64,000 nucleotides of DNA from Octopus vulgaris (taxonomy: Eukaryota): the NCBI GenBank assembly GCA_951406725.2, contig OX597816.1, forward strand, positions 164,672,001 to 164,736,000, written 5' to 3'. A program made the translations under genes and the position numbers. The notes under the pieces were generated by a model that was not told the DNA's origin, ran no database searches, and was given only the letters and a program-made list of their open reading frames with translations. Shown here piece by piece: positions 26,386 through 38,086 of this stretch (position 1 is the stretch's first letter; each line of letters opens with the position of its first letter).

Positions 26386-26803
26386 ATATAATTAGTGAAT
26401 GGAAGAAATGGAGTTGAACGAAGATTGTACAGAATTCCTTTTATTACATTCTACACATGTTTCAAAGGCCACAATTTTCCAAATTCTGATTAAATAAGGA
26501 TACCATATTGCAGCTTTCTCTTCAGGAAAAACCAGGAATTACGTTGATTTCAACGTACATTGATAAACAGTTTACCCATGGGCTCTTAAGGAGCGTCCTC
26601 GTTCGAATTGCTTTGCTGCGCCTCTGTTTTGTTTTGTTCTGACAACGTAATTCCTGGTTTTTCCTGAAGAGAAAGCTGCAATATGGTATCCTTATTTAAT
26701 CAGAATTTGGAAAATTGTGGCCTTTGAAACATGTGTAGAATGTAATAAAAGGAATTCTGTACAATCTTCGTTCAACTCCATTTCTTCCATTCACTAATTA
26801 TAT
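26386..26803. repeat. 161 bp perfect inverted repeat with 96 bp spacer, one HHR per arm
   Basis: Arms 26386-26546 and 26643-26803 are reverse complements; right arm runs into (TA)n. Confidence 0.9.
26661..26740 (+). ncRNA. Type I hammerhead with long helix II and palindromic helix III (mirror copy 26449-26528, minus)
   Basis: UUC-CUGAAGA-G-AAAGCUGCAAU..AUUGUGGCCUUU-GAAA-CAUGUG-UA-GAA; helix I only 3 bp. Confidence 0.6.
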
Positions 26804-26902
26804 ATATATATATATATATATATAGGTAAACAGTAAAAATAATTACAGACATGGACAAGAACATGAAACGCCACAGAGACGACACAAGAACCACAGGACG
26901 GG

Positions 26903-27049
26903 ACATTCGAAGCCCTCAGTCATCAGTCAAGAACCAGATCATCTTAGCAATTTCGGCTGATTAATCTTGAGATTGCTCCGATATGGGCAGCCCGCCAAGG
27001 AAAATCTAAGCCAAGTGCATTAGATCCCCTGGAAGAAAGCTTCGAATGT
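26903..27049 (-). ncRNA. Non-circularly permuted hammerhead ribozyme, complete copy (second subfamily)
   Basis: 15 bp closing helix; hairpin; II GGCUG/CAGCC; P0 CCAUAUC/GAUCUGG; III AGCAAU/AUUGCU; AUC site; I UCAAGA/UCUUGA; CUGAUGA at 26926-26920; lies in (TA)n-flanked element 26824-27520. Confidence 0.8.
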
Positions 27050-27516
27050 ATACAACACGAGGACGGAAAACGAACGAAGTACACGAACAAAAATACAGAA
27101 TACGTGACAACAATAAGAATACAAAAACGTAAAAACAATAACGGTAAAAATAAAGTATAAAAAATAAACAACAAAACACAACCAGGACGTAGGACAAGGG
27201 TCTTTCGACAGGACGAATTGAGTATGGGGCTGGCTTATGAAGTTGTGCCTAATGGCCACAGGGAGACGAACAAGTACGTGTTGCTTCAGCGGCTGCTGGA
27301 ACGAAAAGAGCGCTCAACAGCGGCTAGCGGTCACGTGAGAACAAAAGACAAGAGAAAGGGACAGATGAAAAGAGAGAGAAGGTGGACGAGGGAGGAGAAG
27401 AAAGAGACAGATCGAGGGGGCTGGAGGTGAGAGAGATAGAGAAACGTAGAAGGGGGGGGGGGAAGACGGATGGAGAGGGAAAGAAAGGAGGGGGAATAAG
27501 GGAGGAGAGAGAGAGA

Positions 27517-27599
<83 letters not shown>

Positions 27600-27769
27600 A
27601 GTCAAGAAAATAAAATGAAGAAAAATTAAGATGCTTGGTTCATTTTTATTTGTATTACGACTGGTAAAGTAATGCAAATTAAAAAAGTAATAGATTAAGA
27701 GATATATCCATAAGAAAAACTAATAAAAAGAACCACATCAGCTAAATAACCCAACATATCAAAAAAATA

Positions 27770-27866
27770 TTCTACATATGTTTCAATATAACAATATTTT
27801 AGAATCGTTAATAATTATACGTTTTAAAGATGTAATAAGTTGTATATTGTTAGATCTCTTCAGGAA
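27770..27866 (-). ncRNA. Type I hammerhead-like motif of the 26.6 kb type
   Basis: UUC-CUGAAGA..GAAA-CAUAUG-UA-GAA; ACAUAUGU palindrome; helix II register unclear. Confidence 0.5.
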
Positions 27867-28160
27867 AAATAAGTATATTTGAGTCATGAGTTGCGAAATG
27901 ACTTATTTGAGGACTATGTTTAAGAATTTTCAAATGTAAACAAACTACTTTAAGAGACGCAGATTTCATATGATTAGAATGTTATCGTTTAGAATTTAGC
28001 TATTATATTTTTTATTGACGTTTTTTAAAATTTTACGAGACTGTTTATACATATATATTGAGGAACTGTTTATCTATCAATATATTTGGTTAAACCCAGT
28101 TGGCATCCGGATTCTTTTTAATCCATTACATGGATATTGCTTCCTCAAATTCCGTATATG

Positions 28161-28225
<65 letters not shown>

Positions 28226-28235
<10 letters not shown>

Positions 28236-28619
28236 AAATCCGTTCTGTCTGCCTGTGTATATGTCTTCTAGGATCTCGGGCATCCTCCATCCGATTGCGC
28301 TCAAATTTGATATGTAGATACCGACGGTATCAGGGCGTGTATAAGTCTTGAAAAATTACAAAAATCGATTCCAGGTGAGAATGCGATCGATAAAGCCGTG
28401 GGAACGTGCATTTGTACGCGCAAGTACATTAGCTGTTGCGATCGATACTACGCGTTCGCGAGTAAAAAGCACGTGCAGTTTGTGCAAAAAAAAAAAAAAA
28501 GCTGGCTGGCTTGAAATAATGTCACAAAATGGGACGGTCGGACAAGTTGTTTTCAGAAAATTTGGTTTAAATGTTTGCCAACTCAATACCGTCCATTGGA
28601 CAGGGGGCGTTTTGCTCGT
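28226..28619 (+). mobile_element. Non-autonomous Helitron-like repeat
   Basis: TATAAAATC-(CTGT) start and GCTCGT end; second copy at 44060-44449 (minus, TC start). Confidence 0.55.
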
Positions 28620-28795
28620 GTATTTATTTAATTTATTTATTTAGTTTCAGCTCGCAAGCTGTGGCCATGCTGGGGCACTGCCATTTGGTGTTGCTACATG
28701 ATTTTATTTCACGAATGCTTTTTAGCAATTGCCATCTGGTGCATGAGAGAGTTCGATGCAGCTGCCCTCATCTGCACCTCCTGCCGTGAAGTTGG

Positions 28796-28827
<32 letters not shown>

Positions 28828-28830
<3 letters not shown>

Positions 28831-29015
28831 AGAGTTTACGAAGAAAACAAAAGACGAAGACAGGTGGTGTACAAAACAAACAGATGTATTAGTATAACGC
28901 TCAGGAATAGAAAAAGTCTTTTACGTTTCGAGCCTACGCTCTTCTAGAAAAACAAGGAGAGAAACAAGGACAGAAAAAAATGTGTGTAGTGGCTAACGAT
29001 CACTCATGGCGATAT
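28828..29015 (-). mobile_element. (TA)n-inserted minimal-HHR element, core damaged
   Basis: Homologous to 56915-57125 and 60170-60325; GAGCGUAGGCUC-GAAA-CGUA-AAAGA kept, CUGANGA partly deleted. Confidence 0.7.
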
Positions 29016-30155
29016 AAATATATTTATATATATCATGACTTGGAATTGAAACCGTATCGTGGTATAGCTCAGGCGGGTGTTTACGACTTGTTTCTCAGTG
29101 ATGTATAATCATCGCATCATTATCACCGATGTAACTGCGATAGCCAGATGTTACACTGTCAGGCTGTTTACTGATCGTTATCGGAAAATCCCCAACTGAG
29201 TAAACCAGGCGTTTCGTCATTTTTGAAATTCATTCAGAGCTTGTTGTTTCGTCATCAGGGGAGATGATCTTAAGATAACGCTCTTACTGGGTGCATGTAT
29301 GCATGTGTGTGTGGTGTGGTGGAGCGAATGCATGTATGTATGCATGGGTCTATGTATGTATGTATATATTCATGCAAGGGCGCGTGTATGTATCTGTGCA
29401 TGGGTGTGTGTAGGTGGAGTGTGTGTATATGTATGTATGTATGCATGCACGTGTGTATGTATGTATGTATATATGCATGTATGCATGCATGTATATATGT
29501 GTGTATATATGTATGTGTATATATATATATGCGTGTGTGTGTGTATGAGTGTATATATGTATACATGCATATATGAATTGTATGCATGTATGTACGTATG
29601 CGCGCGCACACCCATACACACACGCGTACACACATATAGACATATACACGCACACACATACACACACATAAAACACACGTGTGCACACATACATACACAT
29701 ACGCACACACATACATGCTCACACACATTCACACACAGACACACACGCACACACGCAAGCGCGCGGTGCACACACATACACGCACATACACACACGCACA
29801 CACATACACACACACGCGTACACACATGCACACACACATACAGGCACACACCCAGATGCACACACACACAGGCATAGACATACATATGCGTGCTATTCCC
29901 ACGTTACTGCATGTACATGTTGCTTGTATGAATCTATAGTTTGCTTAAATGTCTGTGAAATTTCAGGAATGGTTTCCATATTTTCACAGTTCCATTAATA
30001 ACTAATAATTGTAATTTGTTTTAATTAGGTGTCTTCTGTCTGGTTTTGTGAAGCCGAGCTTCTCAAGAGAGGCGCCTAGTCAGTGTCTACATAGAATAGT
30101 TAAATGGGGATACAAATACGACGTTGCTGGCTGAGTTGTTGGAGGTTGTCTGGTA

Positions 30156-30721
30156 TTGGGTTGTCCGGAAAGTTCGTGCCGATTTTTAAAGGAAAGAAAA
30201 AGGTCAATAAATACTTGCCACTACATTTTTAATCAACCAAATATGAACCATTTTGTTGCAAAATGCGTCTCCATCTTTCCTTTAGCTTGAAAATACCCTC
30301 TTTCCAGAATTGAGGTGGTTTCATGGCAAAGAATTCATCAAGGTATCTTTTTACGTCATCCAAGGAATTGAAATTTTTACCTTTAAGACTATTCTGCAGA
30401 GACCTGAATAAGTGGAAATCCGAAGGAGCAATATCTGGTGAATATGGAGGGTGTGGTAACACATCCCAGCCGAGCTGCAGCAATTTCAGTCTGGTTCCCA
30501 AAGCATCAAGTGCCGAAAATGAAATTTCTTATCTTCCATTTTAAAGGGTTATAGAATTAACACAGGTTATAGGAACATAAACCTTGTTCCACGAAAAAAT
30601 AGCTTAACCTGTGCTCTAAATGGAAGTGTAGTCAAATCCTATTTTATGGACTCAACCATGTTCTAAAATAAGTCGAAAAGTAAGCTACTATAAATCGACA
30701 CGAACTTTCCGGACAACCCAG
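30156..30721 (-). mobile_element. Internally deleted mariner transposon
   Basis: TIRs ttgggttgtccggaaagttcgtgccgattt / aaatcgacacgaactttccggacaaccca, TA at left; ORF 30229-30501 contains WDVLPHPPYSPDIAPSDFHLFRSLQN. Confidence 0.92.
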
Positions 30722-32070
30722 TTGTTTGACTTATCTAGTCATGCTTTATTTCATATAGAAAGCGGAGGAGGATGGAGGACGATGGAGGAGGAGGTAAAAG
30801 TGAGATAAAGCGAGCTAGCATACGAGTGCATATACTAGGCTTGGCGGTAGGAACTGAGTAAGTGTATGTATGCTATAACTGGTGTTCTGTTGGTTACGAC
30901 GACGAGGGCTCCAGTTGATCCGATGAGCAGAACAGCCTGTTTCATGAAATTAAACGTATAAGTGGCCAAGCACTCTACGGACATGTCTACCCATCTCTTT
31001 ACTACCCACAAGGGGCTAAACACAGAGAAGACAAACAAGGACAGACAAACGGATTAAGTCGATTCTATCGACCCCAGTGCGTAACTGGTACTTATTTAAT
31101 CGACCCCGAAAGGATGAAAGGCAAAGTCGACCTCGGCGGAATTGCGGTATACGAAATACCGCAAAGCATATCGCCCGTCGTGCTAACGTTTCTGCCAGCT
31201 CACCGCTTTATACCATTAACCTAGTTCTCGGGGAGATACAGCGTGACACAGATAGTGACAAGACTGGCCCTTTGAAATGCAGGTATTACTCGGTTTTGCC
31301 TGCAGATTGGACAGGAGTGATCTGAAAGACGCTTTATTTCACATTGCCCCATTCCACTCAGCTGGCACAAACGAGTATCTGTAATTCAAAGGGCCAGCCT
31401 TAACACGTTCTGTGTAACGCTGAATTCCCGAGAACTATATTAATGTTATACGTGTGTGTGGAGTACTCTGCCACTTACACGTTTGATTTCAAGAGCAGGT
31501 TATTCCTTTGATAGGAACCGACGACGGGGTGCCAGAAATAAGAAGCTTATAAAGTGGGAGTCCTATTATGGCTGTTGCTGTTGTTGCTCCTGCATACTTG
31601 TTTTGGTCTAGGGCTCAAAAACTAGGACCCAAAAACCCGAAGCGATTTCCACGGCGTATAAATGAATGAACTTAAAGCAGTCGCCTCTAAATGGTGCCCG
31701 GTTTGTCACGCGGCTAGGTTCCCAATTATTTACATGAGAAATGTTTTGTTCAAGAACACCACACACTGCCTGGTCTAGGAATCGAAATCAAGGTCTTACG
31801 ATCTTGAGTGCAACAATTCAACCACTAGCCCGAGCGCTCTCACTTCAGTTTCGGTAAATTTTCACTATTACATCCGAATGACTTTGAGACGGAAAATTCA
31901 TGTTTTTCTTATGGTTTTCGATGGCTTTTGAACAAATCTGACAACTAAAACCGCCGGATATCACTTATTCTTTAGGGAAACATTCATCTTCAAAGTGAGA
32001 TGAGTGTCAAACATCAATGCAATTACCATTAGAAACAGAATGAAATGGTATGAAATGATTATTTCATCCG

Positions 32071-32315
32071 TCTCACTTTGAAGGCGAAACTTATACCATT
32101 TCAGTTTATACACGCCTTAGTTTGGAGGTGAAATTTATACCTTTCTCACTTTGAAGGTGAAACTTATACCTGTCTCACTTTGAAGGTGAAACATATACTC
32201 CTTCACTTTGAAGGTGAAACTTATACCCTTCTCACTTTGGAGGTGAAACTCATAACTGTCTCACTTTGAAGGTGAAACTTATACCCGCCCCACTTTGAAA
32301 GTGAGATTTATATAT
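32071..32315. repeat. ~29 bp minisatellite, about 8 copies
   Basis: tctcactttgaaggtgaaacttatacc in tandem; inverted ttcaaagtgaga motifs near 31990 and 32400 suggest DNA-transposon subterminal repeats. Confidence 0.85.
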
Positions 32316-32773
32316 TTGCTCCGGTTTCTGAAGTGATTTGAACGAATGACACCATCGAAACCACCAAAAAGCACCCGTTTATAGGTACACCACACTTTCA
32401 AAGTGAGATCGTGTGCAATAACAAAAATTTACCTCGTTTTCTTCTTTAAATATAATTACTAAAATTCTGTTTACTTTTTACTCGAGTCTGTTTTTCTGCG
32501 CTTCTTTTCCGATGCTGTCGTGTCCAGCCATGTTGTTTGTGGTAATTCTCTGCATGTTGTATTTTAGATCTGAGAGGAATATTAGTTTGATCTTGAATTA
32601 AAGAATTCTGCAATGAATGTCATCAAAAGAAGAACCATTTGTTTAACGGAACTGATTGTTGCGGCAAGAATATTAGAAAAGCTGTTTGTTTATCATACAT
32701 TCAAACAAACAAGCATCAAACGCCATGCGTCTTTCATACAAGGAGTCTGTCTGTCTGTCTGTGTGCCTGTCTG

Positions 32774-32812
<39 letters not shown>

Positions 32813-32931
32813 CTGTCTGTCTGTCTATCAAGCAGTCTGCCTACTTGTCTATCTGTCTGTCTCTGTATGTATCTTTGCATGTATCTGTATGCCTCTCTGA
32901 CAATCAATCAATCAATCAATCAATCAACCAG

Positions 32932-32992
<61 letters not shown>

Positions 32993-33119
32993 TATCCGTG
33001 GTAAGAAAAGCCTACGAAAAAGATCACGGTAACCTTGGTCAATATTGTTATATGTTACCATATTTGTTTGCAAGTGGGTAACCCTCTGTTTTCAATTTCT
33101 GGGTTCATAGGATTATGCT

Positions 33120-33582
33120 CAAGGTGGCTTCGTCATTCATACGTGCCATCCTTGCTACATTCACCCATCTTTTTTTAAAACGTTCGCTAGACAAAACTTG
33201 CCTCTCTACTCCCACTTTCCTTTTCAAGTGGTACTTGAAGAAGTTGATGAGAGGTTGACCAGAGAGGAAAGTGTTTGTCTCCAATCCTTTCAGACGCGTC
33301 CACCAGATACACGATCCCTATTGATCGTTTTTTTTCCTCTCTCCCTTTTTTCCTCTTTTTTCTTCTTTTTTCATTTTTCTTTTTTTCCCTTTTTTCTTTT
33401 TATCTTTTCCTTTTTTTCTTTCTCTTTCTTTTCCTTTTTTTATTTTTTGTTGTTCTTTTTTCCCTTTTACGATCCCTTTTGATCGAAAACCTACGCCACC
33501 TTTTTTTTTCTCCCCCAAAAGAAAAGCTCTACCTTGTAACTTGTCCCATCTGTGTGCAGCCCTGTGTGGCCAATAAAGAAAC

Positions 33583-33585
<3 letters not shown>
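33120..33585 (+). mobile_element. L1/Tx1-like LINE 3' remnant
   Basis: Decayed FKWYLKKLMR..ERK reading; T-rich UTR; ends GCCCTGTGTGGCCAATAAAGAAAC then (TATC)n. Confidence 0.5.
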
Positions 33586-33652
<67 letters not shown>

Positions 33653-33653
33653 G

Positions 33654-33694
<41 letters not shown>

Positions 33695-33754
33695 GGTCTG
33701 TCTGTCTGTCTGTCTATCTCTGTGTCTGTCTGTCTATCTGTCTGTCTATCTCTG

Positions 33755-33793
<39 letters not shown>

Positions 33794-33826
33794 ATAAATA
33801 TGCTTCTATATAAATATGCTTCTATA

Positions 33827-33886
<60 letters not shown>

Positions 33887-34417
33887 GCGCACGCTAAGGG
33901 TAACGAATGGGAAAACGAAAGCATAGAAAATGCCATAGGTAGGGTAAAAATAATATATTTTATTCCGTCAACCGAAGCGAAAACTGCGTGAAGACTCGAG
34001 ATTTCGGCAAACTTCAGGCCATCTGTTTCAACGTGTACTTGATGAAACCGAGAGTTTTAGCTAGGTTTGGTTCTATTTCTAGCAGAACAAATGATGTGTG
34101 TGTGTGCGTGCGCGCGATTGTGTGCATGCGTGCGTTGTATTGCGTTTGTATGTGTGTGCACGCGCGCGTGTATGTGTGTGCGTGCGTGTGTGTGCGTGTG
34201 CTTGTGTATGTGTGTGTGTATGTTGTATACATACATACATAAATACATATATATATGTATGTATGCATGCATGTATGTATGTATGCATGCATGTATGTAT
34301 GCATGCATGTATGTATGTATGTATGTATGTATGTATGTATGTATGCATGTATGTATGTATGTATGCATGCATGCATGTATGTATGTATGTATGTATGTAT
34401 GTATGTATGCATTTATG

Positions 34418-34449
<32 letters not shown>

Positions 34450-34542
34450 TATATAAACATATATATATATATATAGGTATTTCATGATAAAATTATTTTA
34501 AGCATTTTCTACCTTGTCTTATTTTCCTTGCACACGCACATA

Positions 34543-34605
<63 letters not shown>

Positions 34606-34744
34606 GACATATATATGAAAGACTTACAGTTAACAAAAGTCGGGATGCGTGGCGTTCAGTTACCTAATAAATGAGAAATGCATTAAATAGACAACGAAAG
34701 CTAAAAACCGCACACGTAGGACAGACACAGAAGGCCCTAATTCT

Positions 34745-34824
34745 TCATCAGTTATCGACCGAATGTTAACACTCAGTTTCATGCCCTTAGTGATTATACT
34801 GAAAACTTCGCATATCGGCGGCGC
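34745..34824 (-). ncRNA. Permuted hammerhead, decayed and 5'-truncated
   Basis: II GCGCC/GGCAU; P0 CCGAUAUG/CAUUCGG; III UUCAGU/ACUGAG; GUA site; I UAAUCA/CGAUAA (2 mismatches); CUGAUGA. Confidence 0.65.
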
Positions 34825-35049
34825 CCGTACATTTATGAATATATATCTGTATATACTTGCATATACGCATGCCTATCCTTTTATTCTTTTACTTGTTTGA
34901 GTCATTTGATTGCAGCCATGTTGGAGCACCGCCATGATAAAATTTTAGGGAGGCTAAAATAACACATATAAACATACATACTTATACATACATACACACA
35001 CACACACATATACATAAATATATACATATATACATAAATATATATATAC

Positions 35050-35115
<66 letters not shown>

Positions 35116-35198
35116 GGTCCCGGGTTGATTCGGGGTTAACCACAGTAAATAAGGTACTCAATACATAGTAGAGTAAAATTAATTTATTATATAGAAGG

Positions 35199-35249
35199 AG
35201 CTTCTACAGGACTAGAACTGTTTCATTCAAGAGAAATCTTCAGGAAGCT
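35199..35249 (-). ncRNA. Type I hammerhead ribozyme
   Basis: AGCUUC-CUGAAGA-U-UUC(UCUU)GAA-U-GAAA-CAG(UUCUAGUC)CUG-UA-GAAGCU. Confidence 0.75.
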
Positions 35250-35398
35250 GCTACATCAGGATGGTCGAAGAAGAACGATCTCCATCGAATTCTTTTGATG
35301 AACTCATCAGTCCGTCTAATGAGGGCTTTTTGGTACTGTTTCCTTGGTGGGATAGTAATGTTCTTCAGGGAAGTGTCGAGGTCGATTCTTGTCAGCAT
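35240..35398 (-). pseudogene. 52-codon N-terminal fragment of a Penelope-like retroelement ORF
   Basis: MLTRIDLDTSLKNITIPPRKQYQKALIRRTDEFIKRIRWRSFFFDHPDVAAS*; resembles the SLKNIP..Y...LI....FIKR.RW..FF N-terminal motif I recall from PLE RT proteins. Confidence 0.6.
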
Positions 35399-35585
35399 TT
35401 TTTCTTGGTGATGGTTATAAGGGCACTAGGGTGTGCTAGGATATGTAGGTCCCGGGTTGATTCGGGGTTAACCACAGTAAATAAGGTACTCAATACATAG
35501 TAGAGTAAAATTAATTTATTATATAGAAGGAGCTTCTACAGGACTAGAACTGTTTCATTCAAGAGAAATCTTCAGGAAATCTTCA

Positions 35586-35640
35586 GGAGCTTCCTGAAGA
35601 TTTCTCTTGAATGAAACAGTTCTAGTCCTGTAGAAGCTCC
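35586..35640 (+). ncRNA. Type I hammerhead ribozyme (inverted copy)
   Basis: GGAGCUUC/GAAGCUCC helix I, CUGAAGA, GAAA, ACAG/CUGU helix III, GUA site. Confidence 0.75.
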
Positions 35641-35649
35641 TTCTATATA

Positions 35650-35740
<91 letters not shown>

Positions 35741-35800
35741 AAATACAAAATGGGACAACAAAACATCCAGATAGACGATACAAAGAAAGCAAGGACGGGT

Positions 35801-35943
35801 CATTCGAAGTTTTCTTTCCTCAGTCAAGTACCAGATTATCTTCGCCATTTCGGCTGATTATACTTGAGATTGCTCCAATCTGGCCAGTCCCAAGGGAAAA
35901 CTAAGCTAAGAGCATTAGATTCCTTGGAAGAAAGCAGCGAATG
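35801..35943 (-). ncRNA. Non-circularly permuted hammerhead, complete with mismatches
   Basis: Closing UUUCUU/AAGAAA; hairpin CCAAGG/CCUUGG; II GACUG/CAGCC; P0 CCAGAUU/AAUCUGG; III AGCAAU/AUGGCG; AUC site; I UCAAGUA/UACUUGA; CUGAGGA. Confidence 0.75.
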
Positions 35944-35992
35944 TATACAAAAACAAGGACGGAAAAAACGGACGATGTTACACAAATACAAT

Positions 35993-36107
<115 letters not shown>

Positions 36108-36236
36108 TATCATATTCATATGTATATATTTATATATATATAAATATATATACATATGAATATATGTATATATACATACATACATACATGTATACATACA
36201 TACATACATACATACATACATACATACATACATACA

Positions 36237-36267
<31 letters not shown>

Positions 36268-37119
36268 TCATACATGCATACTTATATTCATACACAAGTA
36301 CATGTATGCACACACATATATATCTATATATATGTACGTACATGCTTACACATGTGTGAGCCTAACAGATGTTCCATGAGGGATGGTATACATCTCAATG
36401 TTTTCTTAAACACAAACGTGCAATTATTTGTGAATAGAATTTCTGTCGTAAATTTTCCGCATATAACTTACTGACGATGTCACACCACGTAATCTCGTAA
36501 ACACGTGTCCATTTTATTCACTATTGATTGGTCAGCTGTCGTGTGTTATGGTATCTCTTTCTTCTTATATGCGTCTTAGTTTAACGTTAAAGAGAGCGAA
36601 GCTAGTTGAGGTAAAATAGTTGTCTTAGCTTCTGCGAGAATAAGAGAGCTCGATTTTTGTAGAGATCAGATGGGGACCAAACGTTGGGTGAATTCTAAAA
36701 GTTGATGATAGCATCATTTAGGCAATGTTGATGGAATGTTTTCCTCACCATACAAACGATATTGCACTAACGACGGCTTTGGTGGGAATAGAGCTTGAGT
36801 TTTCTCGAGGTGAGCCCACTAATCAGGACCTATCATCTTAAAATTTTCTATTGTTTACTTGCTTCCATAATAAAGTGCGGCCATGCTGGAACATACGTTG
36901 ATGTTTGTTGTCTAATCAATATATAAAATATATAAAATAATATAAATTAATTAATTTTATGTATTGGCGTATGTTTTTCATTGTTTGATTTGCCTAATAG
37001 TGGTTTTATCTCTAATTTAATATAATATAATATAATATAATATAATATATTTATACTATAAAATTGGATTTAATCCTAAATCTGATTTTTCCGTAAGTTT
37101 GATTTATTCCTAAGTTTGG

Positions 37120-37185
<66 letters not shown>

Positions 37186-37219
37186 TGGAGAAGAGAAAAC
37201 AACGCGTGTGTTCGGTCAT

Positions 37220-37600
37220 ATAATAACAATATAATAAATAAAACATATGCATATATACATACATATATGTACATATTTACATCTACATGTATATATATAT
37301 GCATATATGAGTACAGGATACCACAAATAAACGTAGAACACAACGAGAAACGAAAACATATAATCAAACAAGGAAACGGGCTTCTTTTAACAACGAAAAA
37401 ACAGAGTACAGGACAAACAATACTATACAAGGAAAATTCCCCGTTTCCTTGTTTGATTTTATGTTTTCGTTTCTCGTTGTGTTCTACGTTTATTTGTGGT
37501 ATCCTGTACTCATATATGCATGAATATATATACATGTAGATGTAAGTATGTACATATATGTATGTATATATGCATATGTTTTATTTATTATATTGTTATA
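37220..37600. repeat. ~160 bp inverted repeat made from the tail of the permuted-HHR element
   Basis: 37220-37380 vs 37440-37600; homologous to the 13240-13454 tail; (TA)n on both sides. Confidence 0.85.
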
Positions 37601-37652
37601 TATATATATATATATATATATATTGATGTTTGTTCTCTAATCAAAATATATA

Positions 37653-38023
37653 TCTATATATAGAGAGCTGAAGTTGTCTGTGTATGGCAGGTTTGGTAGC
37701 CTTCAACTAACACTATCTCCTCCGAAACCCTGATGCTCAAGTTGACCAAAATTGAGAGTATGATAGAAGAAGGCTTGCTCTTCCTTCCGTAGAAGAAATA
37801 ATTCAAGTCGGACCATGTTAACACCAAAACTTATTTACATCAAAAAGGTGCTTTTTTTCTATGAAAATCCCTATTTTTTACGATTTTTTGACTGCTGTGT
37901 CACCATTTTTCGGTGTTTTTCAACCAGAAAAATGTTCACTTAAAGAGAATAACAAGCTACGTAATGTAAAATTTTTACTTCTCAAAAATTCCAATTCTAA
38001 AGTATCGCCGGGCGATACTGCTA

Positions 38024-38024
<1 letters not shown>
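37653..38024 (+). mobile_element. Non-autonomous Helitron
   Basis: 5' TC, 3' hairpin gtatcgcc/ggcgatac followed by CTAG, inserted between A and T. Confidence 0.7.

Positions 38025-38086
<62 letters not shown>

Larger units (their letters stand above)
35111..35655 (-). mobile_element. Internally deleted Penelope-like element with three HHRs, in (TA)n
   Basis: Direct repeat of 332 bp period (35111/35443) plus terminal inverted copy 35586-35655; HHRs at 35199-35249(-), 35531-35579(-) and 35586-35640(+). Confidence 0.8.

Noticed and set aside
32071-32315. 29 bp repeats resembling a CRISPR array (also the 30 bp repeats at 41.5 kb)
   Set aside because: Head-to-tail with no unique spacers, no cas genes, eukaryotic context.
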